DNA of 32,000 nt from Promethearchaeia archaeon (GCA_046497275.1 JAWOFX010000007.1:83098-115097), one strand, 5' to 3'. Shown: positions 17,125-27,351, numbered from the stretch's first letter. Notes: generated by a model from the sequence alone, not told the origin. A program made the numbers and translations.

Positions 17125-18111
17125 ATGGGATCAAAGAAAAGATTAATAGTTACGATTTTGGGGATTATTGTGTTGAGTTTAATAACCGTGGGAATTATCA
17201 TCTCTGCCTATAATTTATCCTATAGTTCTTCTCAAAATTACGAATATACTTTAGAATATGATGGCGATGAAAGATATTATTTTGTTCATGTTCCCTCTTC
17301 TTATAATAAGAATGAAAAAGCACCTTTAATCATAGTTTTTCACGGAGGAGGAGGTCACCCTGGTTCAATAAAATATGAATCTGAGATGGATCTAGTTTCA
17401 GATAAAAATAAGTTTATTGTAGTATATCCTGCTGGAACTCCAACAAATGAATTATATAAAAATAGACTTTTAATTTGGAATGATGGAAGAAATTTTAGCG
17501 ATGGAACACCCAATAATGTCGATGATGTTGGATTTGTAGAAGAAATTTTAAAAGATATTAAAGAAAAATTCAATATCGATGATAGGATGGTTTACGCCTG
17601 TGGTTTTTCAAATGGCGCACAATTTACTTACCGTCTTTCAAAGCAGATGACCGATACGTTTGCAGCAATATCAACCGTTGCAGGACAGAGACCGGCTAAT
17701 GACACATTTGATACACCTCCTTCAAGACCAATTTCTATCATGCAATTTTCAGGATTAAACGACCCCATATCTCCTTATAATGGAGGTCCTCCAACAGTTG
17801 GAGAACCATTGTTAGAAGCAAATGCTTACCCTGTTATTGATTCAATTGACTCATGGGTCGAATTTAATGGATGTTCAAAACTACCAGAAGAAAAGAGGAT
17901 TGGGGATGCGCTCATGAAAAAATATATCTCCTATGAAAATAATACTGAAGTTATATTATGGACACTTGAAGATGCAGGACACACTTGGCCCGGAGGAAAT
18001 GTTGATCCCAATGTAGAATTCTTAAGATTAGGGGATATGGGAGGAATTAACGAAGATATACACGCTTCTGAGTTAATGTGGGAATTTTTTAAAACGCACT
18101 CTTTGGATTAA
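17125..18111 (+). CDS. LpqC/PHB-depolymerase-family alpha/beta esterase with N-terminal membrane anchor or signal
   Basis: VFHGGGG oxyanion motif, GFSNGAQ nucleophile elbow, GHTWPGG catalytic His; hydrophobic N-terminal helix. Confidence 0.87.
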   Translation: MGSKKRLIVTILGIIVLSLITVGIIISAYNLSYSSSQNYEYTLEYDGDERYYFVHVPSSYNKNEKAPLIIVFHGGGGHPGSIKYESEMDLVSDKNKFIVVYPAGTPTNELYKNRLLIWNDGRNFSDGTPNNVDDVGFVEEILKDIKEKFNIDDRMVYACGFSNGAQFTYRLSKQMTDTFAAISTVAGQRPANDTFDTPPSRPISIMQFSGLNDPISPYNGGPPTVGEPLLEANAYPVIDSIDSWVEFNGCSKLPEEKRIGDALMKKYISYENNTEVILWTLEDAGHTWPGGNVDPNVEFLRLGDMGGINEDIHASELMWEFFKTHSLD

Positions 18112-18199
18112 ATTTAATAAAAAAGAGGAAAATAAATAGAAATCTTTGAATTAAAGACATCAAATCTATATCTACTTTCTCTGTTAAGTGTGTGTACAG

Positions 18200-18378
18200 G
18201 TTGCATATTTTTATAGCGTCGCTATCGTATTTTGTCTCGAAGGAAGATTTTTCTTTTGGGAATTAATAACGCTTATCGATATTAAGTTATTAGATTATTG
18301 GATAGAAATGCGTTCTGTAATTGGAGCATTAGTACTATAATAGTAGCTATAAATGCCAGATTACTAAAAACTAAATAA
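18200..18378 (+). pseudogene. Collapsed remnant of a second copB-like ATPase gene
   Basis: 18200-18328 encodes VAYFYSVAIVFCLEGRFFFWELITLIDIKLLDYWIEMRSVIGA, matching CopB [44 protein letters not shown]. It is joined out of frame to 18331-18378, STIIVAINARLLKTK*, matching the CopB C-terminus STVIVAINARLLKK*. Confidence 0.9.
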
Positions 18379-18602
18379 AAATTATGTAAACTAATTAAAA
18401 TTATGTTAAATCGAGTGGAATTTCAATAATTGGAATTAATTTTCCTTGAAAAACGTAAAATATTTATTCCGGATAATTTTTTGAATGAAAGCTCAGATAA
18501 ATGAACTTACCAACGCATTCTCTTATTTAAAGAGAAAAATTATAGAAAAATTAATCATTTTTATTAAATTACAATTATAAAATTGCAAAAGTAGCATATA
18601 TC

Positions 18603-19886
18603 ATGAATTATGAGAAAATTAAACATTCCTCTTTCTTCACTCTAATAGGATTATCATCATTTCAGGTTCTCACAATGTTTCGAAGAGGTTTATTCTACAC
18701 GTATCTTTCAATATATTTGAGGGATTTTCTAAACCTTTCGGTGACTGAAACTACATTATATGCAACCTTACCAATGATAATGAGTGTTCTATTTCAGAAT
18801 TTTGTTTGGGGGCCTCTATCTGATAAATTGCAAAAAAGACGCTCATTAATCATCTTAGGGGAAATATTAGCCGGTATTGGAACAATATCTGTGTGGTTTA
18901 TCCATTATTTTGAATCTAATTATTGGATTGCAGGCTATATCATAATAATCGGTCTCTCATTTATTGAAATATTCTGGTCTATGTCAAATATTGCATGGAG
19001 TGCGCTCATCAGTGATTTGTATCCATCAATAGAAAGAAGCAAAATAATGGGAAGACTAACGAGTATTGGAGGTCTTGGAAGGATTGTTGGTATCACATTT
19101 GGAGGCTATTTATATGACAATGGATTTGGATTTAGAAATGGGATTTTATTTTTTATTGCTTCATTAGTGATGTTTTTATCAACATTACCTATGTTGCTGG
19201 CACCCGAAGGAGGTATTCAACATTTACATAAATCAAATAATGATGAGGTAGATATCCAAGACAATCAGACTAATTTGAAACATAAATATGTTTTTATGAT
19301 TTTCATAATTGCAATGGTTTTTATCAATTTTGGTCGAAATAGTATAAGTATACCTTATTCACAATACTTAATTTTAGATTCCGGATTTGATGTTGATAGT
19401 ATTTTATTAGGTTTTATCGTAAATACTCGCTCATTTGCCGTAATTATAGTTGGACTCATGGCAGGATATTTAAGTAAAAAAATTGGTCATGCTAAAACAT
19501 TAATATTAGGGGTCCTTTTAGCCATAGTTGCTTTGATATTAACTGCTGTGGCTCATCAACTTTTTATTATCTTTGTTGGAAGCTTTCTCATTGGAACATC
19601 AGAAGTAATAATTTATGCTGCATCTTATGCCATTGCGTCAATTTTAATCCCTGAAGAGTATAGAGGTAAATTATTCGGAGCTTATAATGCTACATTTTTC
19701 TTATCATGGGGTCTTGCCTGTACCGCTATTAGTGGTCCATTAATTGATTATTTAATAATAAAAGGAATCAGTGAAGTTATGGCATACCAAGTAGCTTTTT
19801 TTGTTGGAGCGATCATAAGCTTTGTGGGATTAATAATCTTTATAATCTCTGAAATCAAATTACGGCGGAAAAAAAAGAAGAGTTAA
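18603..19886 (+). CDS. Major facilitator superfamily transporter
   Basis: About 12 hydrophobic segments; MFS loop motifs GPLSDKLQKRR and GYLSKKIGH; ISDLYPSIERSK and PEEYRGK. Confidence 0.9.
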   Translation: MNYEKIKHSSFFTLIGLSSFQVLTMFRRGLFYTYLSIYLRDFLNLSVTETTLYATLPMIMSVLFQNFVWGPLSDKLQKRRSLIILGEILAGIGTISVWFIHYFESNYWIAGYIIIIGLSFIEIFWSMSNIAWSALISDLYPSIERSKIMGRLTSIGGLGRIVGITFGGYLYDNGFGFRNGILFFIASLVMFLSTLPMLLAPEGGIQHLHKSNNDEVDIQDNQTNLKHKYVFMIFIIAMVFINFGRNSISIPYSQYLILDSGFDVDSILLGFIVNTRSFAVIIVGLMAGYLSKKIGHAKTLILGVLLAIVALILTAVAHQLFIIFVGSFLIGTSEVIIYAASYAIASILIPEEYRGKLFGAYNATFFLSWGLACTAISGPLIDYLIIKGISEVMAYQVAFFVGAIISFVGLIIFIISEIKLRRKKKKS

Positions 19887-19897
19887 AAAAGATAAAA

Positions 19898-20074
19898 TTA
19901 TTCCTTTTTGCAGCATTCATCGCAGACATATTCATCTAAACTGATATAACCGCATCCTGAACCCATATAACATTCATATTGATTCTTTTCCTCATTATAA
20001 ATCATATCACTTCCACAATGTTTAGGTATTGTCTCGATATTTTTACCACATTTCGTACAAGTTAATTTTCCCAT
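19898..20074 (-). CDS. Small Cys/His-rich metal-binding protein (58 aa) homologous to the CopA C-terminal domain; missed by the ORF track
   Basis: ATG 20074 with AAGGTG upstream; translates to MGKLTCTKCGKNIETIPKHCGSDMIYNEEKNQYECYMGSGCGYISLDEYVCDECCKKE*. Confidence 0.85.
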   Translation of the reverse strand: MGKLTCTKCGKNIETIPKHCGSDMIYNEEKNQYECYMGSGCGYISLDEYVCDECCKKE

Positions 20075-20148
20075 TATATTTTACACCTTTTATTTATGCT
20101 TTTTAATTGTATTCTTATTTTAAATACTATTAGTTATAAAAAAAATTA

Positions 20149-23100
20149 TTATATAATTTTCATGGGTTTGCCATGATGTTCAGGTATTTCTTGAGTTCCG
20201 CATTGAGTTCCCATCCAGCAGACGAATTGTCCGTCCTCTATATGCATCGGTTTTCCACAATGCTGTGGTATTTCCTCAATATAATTACATTCTTGGCATT
20301 TTAATTTTTTCTTTGTTTCTTTACCCGTTTCAGGTAGATTCTCTTCGGAAGAATTCTTTTCTTCTATGAAAGCGTTTGGATCGTTTTTGAATTTTTCTAA
20401 ACAATTAGGATTGCAGAAGAAATATTTCTTTTCTTCATAGGTATATTCAATCCAATTTTCTGGATGTTCAGTCTTCATTCCACATACTGGATCCTCTACT
20501 AAGGTTTTTTCATTTTTCATATTTTTGTGCATAAGTTTAGGGTCAATATTTTCATAGTTTTTAAATTTTTCCGGATTATTCTTAAATGTTTTTTCACAGG
20601 AAGGATTACAGAAATAAAATTTTTCTCCTTTGTACTCGTATTCTATAGATTGACTTGGAACAATCTTCATTCCACAGACAGGGTCAGTTACCATTTCTTC
20701 TTGTTCGAGAAGTTTCTCTTCTTCTATTTGTTGTTCTGTTCTTGGATCAAAGCGTTTTAATAATAATGCATTTGTAACTACTGAAACAGAGCTGGAAGCC
20801 ATAAAAACCGCTGCCAAATATGGAGGCAAGAAATATCCCGTTAAATAGAATAATAAACCTGCAGCTATAGGAATACCGATTATATTGTAAATAAATGCCC
20901 AGAAAAGGTTAGTAATCATTTTGCGATAAGTTTTTTTAGATAATTTTAACGCAGCAACCACGTTCCTTAGATCTCCCCTCATTAAAACAATATTAGCAGT
21001 TTCTATTGCTACATCAGTACCAGATCCAATAGCTATCCCGATATCTGCTTGTGCTAATGCAGGTGCATCATTTATTCCGTCCCCGACCATTGCAATTGTT
21101 TTTTCTGATTTTAATTCTTGGAGTTCTTTAATCTTTAATGCTTTATCATTTGGCAAGACTTCTGCTAATATATGCTCTTCATCAAAATTTAATTCCTCTC
21201 CAATATTCAAAGCAGTTTCTTTATTATCTCCCGTAATCATATATATTTCTAACCCCTTATCTCTTAATTTCTCTAAAGCATATGGTGCTTGCTCTTTAAT
21301 TTTATCAGAGATTCCAATTATTCCCTTTACTTCATCATTAACACTAATAAAAATAGCTGTAATTCCTTTATTCTGAAATTCGCGAAATTTCTCTATATAA
21401 TAATCTATATTAATATCGTTTTCTGTCATTAGTTTTTCATTCCCTATGAGGATTTGATCATTTGTAATCGTGGCAACAACTCCTTTTCCTGGTTGAGCAT
21501 CAAAGGTTTCAGGTGAAACTAGATTTAAGCCTTTTTGATTCGCTTCTTCAATTATAGCTTTGGCAAGAATATGTTCTGATCCCATTTCAGCACTTCCAGC
21601 ATAATAAAGCACCTCTTTTTTATCAAATCCTCTTCCAGTTAGATCTTTTTCAGAAAATAATGCTACTACACTAGGTTTCCCAACCGTTAAAGTTCCTGTT
21701 TTATCAAATACAATCACATTTATTCCATTTATAGCTTCTAGTGAGTCCCCTCCCTTTATTAGAATTCCATTTTCAGCTCCTTTACCGGTACCTACCATAA
21801 CAGCTGTGGGAATAGCCAATCCAAGAGCACAAGGGCAAGAAATAACAACTACAGAAGTAAATACTAATAATGCTGTTTCCAGAGGATCCTCGAAACTTTG
21901 ACCTCCGAAGAAATACCAATATATAAACGCGCCAATTGCAATTAACACAACAATAGGAACAAAATAATTGCTTACTTTATCTGCTAATTTTTGTTTATCT
22001 GCTTTTCTACTTTGTGCTTTTTTAACAAAATCTATAATTTGAGAAAGAAGGGTGTCTTTTCCAATCTTTTTAGTTTTGATTTGAATCAATCCGGTCTGGT
22101 TTACAGTTCCTCCTATTACCTCGTCCTCCATTTCTTTTTTTACATATTTACTTTCTCCAGTAATCATAGATTCATCAATTTTTGTCTTTCCTTTTACTAC
22201 TACCCCATCAACAGGGATTTTTTCTCCTGGTCTTACGACTAATACGTCCCCAACTTCAATCTCCTCAATTGGAATCTCAATTTCCTTTCCATCCTTTATC
22301 ATCGTTGCTGTATTTGGTTGAAGTCCTATTAATTTTTTAATAGCTTCTGATGTTTGTCCTTTTGTTTTATGTTCAAAGTATTTTCCAATTAAGAGAAAGG
22401 AAAGGATCATACTCATTGCTTCATAAAATGTGGCTCCTTCAATAAAAAAAGTTGTTAAAATAGAGTATACATATGCTGTGGTTGTACCAAGAGCCACAAG
22501 CACATCCATATTTGTTGATTTATTCTTTAAAGATTTATATGCTCCTTCTAAGAAAAAAGAACCAGCGATAATATAATTTCCAGTTGCTAATAAGAACAAA
22601 ATTAAATTTCTAACAAATGAAGCATCCACTAACCAACTGATTGGAGTAATTATTAACGTAAAAGCTAATGAAATGAATAATATTCTTAAACGATATTTCA
22701 ATTCTTTTTGATGAGCCTCAATTTCTTTATCAACAGCTCCAGCAGCTTTAGTTATATCATAACCAAAATTTTTTACTTTTGAATAGACTTCATTTTCATC
22801 AATTTGGATATCATTAAATTCGATAAAAAGTTTTAAAGCATTATAATTTCCTCGAACATTTTCGATACCTTTAATATTTTCTACATTTTCTACAAGCTCT
22901 CCAAATTCTTGTTCACTTATAGAAACGGACTCCTTAATCTTGATATCCATTCGCGCCAAGGATGCTTTGTATCCGAGATCTTGAATAGCTTTACTAAATA
23001 TCTTGTAATCTGCTTTGTTAGGGTCATATTCCACAACCGCTTCCTCATTAGTAAAATTGACATTTGATTTTTTCACACCTTCCAAATTTTTAAGTTTGGT

Positions 23101-23175
23101 TTCTATTTTTAATGCACAGCTCGCGCAAGTCATACCTCCTAGCTTAATTTTCATTTCATCCTTAGATTCATCCAT
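20149..23175 (-). CDS. copA: Cu(I)-translocating P1B-1 ATPase CopA with N-terminal HMA domains and C-terminal YHS-YHS plus Cys/His domain
   Basis: [43 protein letters not shown] and MASSSVSV motifs; two DPVCGM...FC...C YHS domains at the C-terminus. Confidence 0.95.
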   Translation of the reverse strand: MDESKDEMKIKLGGMTCASCALKIETKLKNLEGVKKSNVNFTNEEAVVEYDPNKADYKIFSKAIQDLGYKASLARMDIKIKESVSISEQEFGELVENVENIKGIENVRGNYNALKLFIEFNDIQIDENEVYSKVKNFGYDITKAAGAVDKEIEAHQKELKYRLRILFISLAFTLIITPISWLVDASFVRNLILFLLATGNYIIAGSFFLEGAYKSLKNKSTNMDVLVALGTTTAYVYSILTTFFIEGATFYEAMSMILSFLLIGKYFEHKTKGQTSEAIKKLIGLQPNTATMIKDGKEIEIPIEEIEVGDVLVVRPGEKIPVDGVVVKGKTKIDESMITGESKYVKKEMEDEVIGGTVNQTGLIQIKTKKIGKDTLLSQIIDFVKKAQSRKADKQKLADKVSNYFVPIVVLIAIGAFIYWYFFGGQSFEDPLETALLVFTSVVVISCPCALGLAIPTAVMVGTGKGAENGILIKGGDSLEAINGINVIVFDKTGTLTVGKPSVVALFSEKDLTGRGFDKKEVLYYAGSAEMGSEHILAKAIIEEANQKGLNLVSPETFDAQPGKGVVATITNDQILIGNEKLMTENDINIDYYIEKFREFQNKGITAIFISVNDEVKGIIGISDKIKEQAPYALEKLRDKGLEIYMITGDNKETALNIGEELNFDEEHILAEVLPNDKALKIKELQELKSEKTIAMVGDGINDAPALAQADIGIAIGSGTDVAIETANIVLMRGDLRNVVAALKLSKKTYRKMITNLFWAFIYNIIGIPIAAGLLFYLTGYFLPPYLAAVFMASSSVSVVTNALLLKRFDPRTEQQIEEEKLLEQEEMVTDPVCGMKIVPSQSIEYEYKGEKFYFCNPSCEKTFKNNPEKFKNYENIDPKLMHKNMKNEKTLVEDPVCGMKTEHPENWIEYTYEEKKYFFCNPNCLEKFKNDPNAFIEEKNSSEENLPETGKETKKKLKCQECNYIEEIPQHCGKPMHIEDGQFVCWMGTQCGTQEIPEHHGKPMKII

Positions 23176-23351
23176 TATTAATTCACCTTATAACTATGGA
23201 TCAAATATCTAATGTAATAATTATAAATTATGTTTATAACTTGAAAAAAGAAAGGAGAAGATGGATTTAGAAATAAAGCAAATAGTTAATTACTCTATAA
23301 ATTATAATTATGGCTTTAAAAATTTAGTAAAGAAAATTATCGCTAAATAAT

Positions 23352-23732
23352 CTATTTCTTGAGATATTTTTGAATTGCATCCTTGAGACTATCGCTTGCG
23401 AGATTACTACAGTGCATTTTTTCCTCAGGTAATCCATCCAAAGCTTTAGAAATATCTTCTTTCGTTATTTTTTCAACCTCTTTAAGAGTTTTTCCTTTTG
23501 CTAATTCTGTTAATACACTCGAAGTTGCAATAGCAGGTGCACACCCAAATGTTTGGAAGGTTATATCTTTTAATATTTTCTGACCATTTTCTTCAGCCAC
23601 TTTTATGTATATATAAGTAATGTCCCCACAAACCGAATTTGTAGACTCACCTATGGCATCAGCTCCCTTTAGCTCCCCCATATTTCGAGGGTTTTTAAAA
23701 TGGTCCATAACTTTATCAGAATAAATTTTCAA
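23352..23732 (-). CDS. iscU: Fe-S cluster assembly scaffold IscU/NifU-like
   Basis: YSDKVMDHFKNPRN, CGD, FGC and MHCSNLA conserved motifs; TTG start directly after AGGAGG. Confidence 0.95.
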   Translation of the reverse strand: MKIYSDKVMDHFKNPRNMGELKGADAIGESTNSVCGDITYIYIKVAEENGQKILKDITFQTFGCAPAIATSSVLTELAKGKTLKEVEKITKEDISKALDGLPEEKMHCSNLASDSLKDAIQKYLKK

Positions 23733-23839
23733 AACCTCCTCAATAGATTAATAAAATAAAATCGTCGTAAAACAAAAAATTTTCTAAAATATGAAATTCT
23801 TTATAGAAAAAAAGTTTTCAAAAACATACTCTTCTTTTA

Positions 23840-26242
23840 TTACTGATTTAAAATCATCAATTTATTTTCTTGGGGTGTTGATACCTTTTCTACTCCTAAG
23901 GTCGTTACATATTTTGCGACGTTATATAATTTTTTAGGATTTTCGTGGAAAAAACAAACCTCTGTAGGTTCCAAATTTTTTATCATTTCAGTTAATTGAA
24001 CTTTATCTCCATGTAATTTTATTTTGATTTGGGGAGCAAATGTATTAATGAGTAAAGCTCTAAAGGGCAATTTCCAAGTTTCTGAAAGTTCTATGATATT
24101 TTCTTCACCTTCCTTATCTTCGGGGGGATTTACTAAAGATAAGCCTGGTTCTTCATGAACTGCTCCCGCTAAAAAAACAAGATTATGAGGATTTCTTCCA
24201 ACAACGTTGATAATATTCCTAATAATCCCATAAGATAAGTCTGGTGGATGGCTTATTATAATATTGTTTCTTTTTTTCAGAAAATCAAGATTATCATGGT
24301 CGAACCATCTAAATTTAATGCTATTAAAAGGATTGGCTTTATTGCGTATTAATCGCGAAATAGGACCATAAATATACTCATATCGGTGGTTAATTACTTG
24401 AATATTTTTTCTTACCATCATATCGACATATATATTGGGTCTTTTTTCATAATCTCGCCGCAATTGTTTTTTCCGAAAATGTCGCCAAAAAGTTAACATA
24501 AATGTAATCGCTAAGCTCGATGGATCAGCACCAATCAAAGAGCTATCCCCATATTCTGCTTTTTGTTCAAGAAAAAGGATTAAACTGTCAAAATGTTGAG
24601 ATGGATCTCCAAATTCTTCATATGCGTTTGAGCCATCTATTAATAAAAAGTCTAAAGGTCTAGAAATTTGATCTAGGAATCTTCGAGTACCTGCAAAGGG
24701 TGTTATATCATAATATGTATAATCTCCACTATATAAGAATCGATAATCTCGCGCTTTTACTAGCATCATTAATGCACCAGGCATATGACCCGCATGGAAG
24801 AAGGATAAATAACAATCCTTATCTTTAAATTCTATCTTGTCTCCGTTTTCAACATAAATGACATTTTTTACAATATTTTTGTATTCTTCCTCTTCGATTT
24901 GAGCATGACTTTCTTGTTTTAAAAATTCGGAATCTCTCAAAATGTAAAGGTCTAATGTTATTCGTGAACATATAATAGGAACATCAGGGTGTTTTTGAAT
25001 AAATTCTTTTAATCCAGATACGTGATCATAATGAGAATGTGATATGAAAACAGCATCAATTTTTGGTTGAAAATCTTTTATATTTAAAATGATATTTTCC
25101 TTTTCTTCAGAAATTTCGGCTGTAATATTTTTTTCTGACTCTTTTATGGAATTTCTCTCAATTTTTTCCTTCTCTACGCTTGTATTTTTCTCTCCTATTT
25201 CCTTATCATCTTTAATTCTTTTTTCAATTTCAGATAAAATGATCTTACTTTTCTCATCTTTTTTGAGTAAATCATTTAGATTATCAAGATAATTCTCAAT
25301 TTCTTCTTGAAAATCCTCTTCAATTCCACAATCAAGTAAAATATTTAAATGTCCTATCCCCAAGATAAGGCAATTATGATTTGGTCGTAATGCTATAGGA
25401 TATAGAGTTAGACGGATTTTATCTGTGTCCTTTAGATTTTTAGATAAAACTCTATCTTCAAAATAAGAAGGATCATATCTTTTTTCTATTTTGTCCACTG
25501 CTATAGATATTTCGCTTTTCCCAACTGGAACCCCAGTAATATAAAAATACCATCCATACTCCTTAACTAATTGCTCCAAATTCTCATACATCTTATCTCC
25601 AATCAGAGATTTTATAACAATTACCTTCTCGTCTTTATAGTATATGATCTTTTTAATTGATTCTTTTTCCTTTTCTGGAATATTATTATTTTTTGTTAAA
25701 AAGTGTGTGATTGTTTCTTTTATCTCTTTTTGAGGGATTTTTTGCGATTTAAGGATGTTTATGTATTTAAAATATTCTTTTGTTTTATAAAGCGGGCGCA
25801 TATTCTCCTTCTCTATTAAAGGAATTTCAAAATGATTGACTTTGAAATCTTCTTCCTGAATAACTCTTTCCCCCGCTTTTGATTTTTTTTTATTTTTGAC
25901 TTTATATTTTTTAGTTACAAAAAAGAACCAACCATATTTTTTAACTAGTTCTTCCCGCTTCCAGATAATTTCCTTGGCTTTATTAGATTCAATTATGATG
26001 ATTCGATCTTCTTCACAATAAATCACTCTTTTTATTGATTGAAGTGTTGATTGTGAAATGATCTTATTATTTTCTGAAAAAAAATCGTCTAATACATTCC
26101 GGATGGGGGTTTGTTGGATATTTTCCTTCTGCATTAAGCTAATTTTTTCGTTATATGATCTTACTTTAAATGAAAATGGGAGTTGATCTTTTTCTAGGAT
26201 TGAGATGGTTTGATTATTATACTGAATTGAATCCTTTTCCAT
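23840..26242 (-). CDS. Metallo-beta-lactamase/beta-CASP ribonuclease (divergent aCPSF-like) with two N-terminal KH-like repeats
   Basis: LLDCG, SHSHYDH, FHAGHMPGA, YSGD, LHGD and FFHEN motifs; duplicated N-terminal unit ending in L..LVK.YGW.F. Confidence 0.82.
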   Translation of the reverse strand: MEKDSIQYNNQTISILEKDQLPFSFKVRSYNEKISLMQKENIQQTPIRNVLDDFFSENNKIISQSTLQSIKRVIYCEEDRIIIIESNKAKEIIWKREELVKKYGWFFFVTKKYKVKNKKKSKAGERVIQEEDFKVNHFEIPLIEKENMRPLYKTKEYFKYINILKSQKIPQKEIKETITHFLTKNNNIPEKEKESIKKIIYYKDEKVIVIKSLIGDKMYENLEQLVKEYGWYFYITGVPVGKSEISIAVDKIEKRYDPSYFEDRVLSKNLKDTDKIRLTLYPIALRPNHNCLILGIGHLNILLDCGIEEDFQEEIENYLDNLNDLLKKDEKSKIILSEIEKRIKDDKEIGEKNTSVEKEKIERNSIKESEKNITAEISEEKENIILNIKDFQPKIDAVFISHSHYDHVSGLKEFIQKHPDVPIICSRITLDLYILRDSEFLKQESHAQIEEEEYKNIVKNVIYVENGDKIEFKDKDCYLSFFHAGHMPGALMMLVKARDYRFLYSGDYTYYDITPFAGTRRFLDQISRPLDFLLIDGSNAYEEFGDPSQHFDSLILFLEQKAEYGDSSLIGADPSSLAITFMLTFWRHFRKKQLRRDYEKRPNIYVDMMVRKNIQVINHRYEYIYGPISRLIRNKANPFNSIKFRWFDHDNLDFLKKRNNIIISHPPDLSYGIIRNIINVVGRNPHNLVFLAGAVHEEPGLSLVNPPEDKEGEENIIELSETWKLPFRALLINTFAPQIKIKLHGDKVQLTEMIKNLEPTEVCFFHENPKKLYNVAKYVTTLGVEKVSTPQENKLMILNQ

Positions 26243-26422
26243 GATTTTAGTTAATTTTTTTGATTGATCTAAATTATTTCCTAATTGAGTTTAAAAATGG
26301 ATCTCAATAAAATTTAATTATTCCTTGTTATTTGGAAAAATTCTTATTGAACTTGGTGATATCGTTATCTGAATTCTAAAAAGTTGGTTATTTTTTCTAA
26401 TATTAGTTAATAACCCTTGATT

Positions 26423-26614
26423 TTATCTTCTCTCCGTAATGACATCGATTTCTGATATTGGAATATAGGTAGAATTATTATATTTATCCTCCAACACAGC
26501 TAAATCTTCATCTGTTATTCTCACAAGAGTTCCGCTAAACTTTTCATTTATGTTTTTTATATAAATGTAAACACCAACTCCAATAAGGCTTTCAATAATA
26601 TTTTTAGGAATCAT
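26423..26614 (-). CDS. Small Sm/LSm/Hfq-fold-like protein (63 aa)
   Basis: Short helix (KNIIESLIG), strand (VYIYIK), FSGTLV, LAVLED, then YIPISEIDVI, matching the Sm-fold pattern of hydrophobic strands. Confidence 0.6.
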   Translation of the reverse strand: MIPKNIIESLIGVGVYIYIKNINEKFSGTLVRITDEDLAVLEDKYNNSTYIPISEIDVITERR

Positions 26615-26712
26615 ATTTTACCAATTTCTTTTTTATAAGAAAAATATCAAATTCTATTTTATATTTTTTGACTTTTAATTTTTAAGATGCAAGTAAGATA
26701 AAAGGTGAATAT

Positions 26713-27345
26713 CTATGAATCCTTCTTTTGAATTTCCTCTTTTAATTGATTGATTGATTTTTGTTTATCTGAAATATTTGTTTCGATTTTATTGTAATCT
26801 TCTTGAAGGTTATCACATTCTTTATCAATTACCACATTTGATTCATATTGTGTATTCTCAAGGGGTAAGTTCTTTAAATTCTTTAACTCATCAATTTTTT
26901 CCTTTTTTGATTGGAGATCTTTTTTAAGGTTTTCAATATCGGCTTCATAATGTAAAATTTCCTGAAGAATTAACTCTTTCTTATCCATATCAATTAATTC
27001 TTCTATTTTAGTAAGATATCTTTTAATTGCATGTAATTTTAACTCTTTTGATTCTTCACCTTTGAAAAAAAGGGCAATATTACTATCCTCTCCAAGTTTT
27101 AAAATAATAATCGAAACACTTTCTGTTTCAAATATTATTTTTTCATACTTTTTGGACTCTTGATTAGTAAGATCATATATTTGGTTAAAATTACCGATAA
27201 TTTGTGCTAAATTCTCCCCTAATTTTGGAATATTAATGCTTTGTTCAAAAGTTGTCTGAAAGATTATACCATTGTTGTAGAACATAACAATATGAATAAC
27301 TTCTGGCAGAGCAGTTTTTATTTTTTCTATACTTTTAAAAACCAA
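26713..27345 (-). CDS. Roadblock/LC7 (LAMTOR/MglB)-like domain fused to a C-terminal coiled coil
   Basis: The N-terminal ~115 aa fit the roadblock pattern (helix; IVMFYNNGIIFQT; long helix; KIIFETESVSIIILKLGEDSNIALF). Heptad-rich tail. TTG start 6 nt after GGTGA. Confidence 0.7.
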   Translation of the reverse strand: MVFKSIEKIKTALPEVIHIVMFYNNGIIFQTTFEQSINIPKLGENLAQIIGNFNQIYDLTNQESKKYEKIIFETESVSIIILKLGEDSNIALFFKGEESKELKLHAIKRYLTKIEELIDMDKKELILQEILHYEADIENLKKDLQSKKEKIDELKNLKNLPLENTQYESNVVIDKECDNLQEDYNKIETNISDKQKSINQLKEEIQKKDS

Positions 27346-27351
27346 TTACTA

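Noticed and set aside
14838-17573. Antisense ORFs 14838-15125, 15315-15830, 16155-16376 and 17355-17573
   Set aside because: Shadows of copB and the esterase; antisense frames of P-type ATPases are often open.
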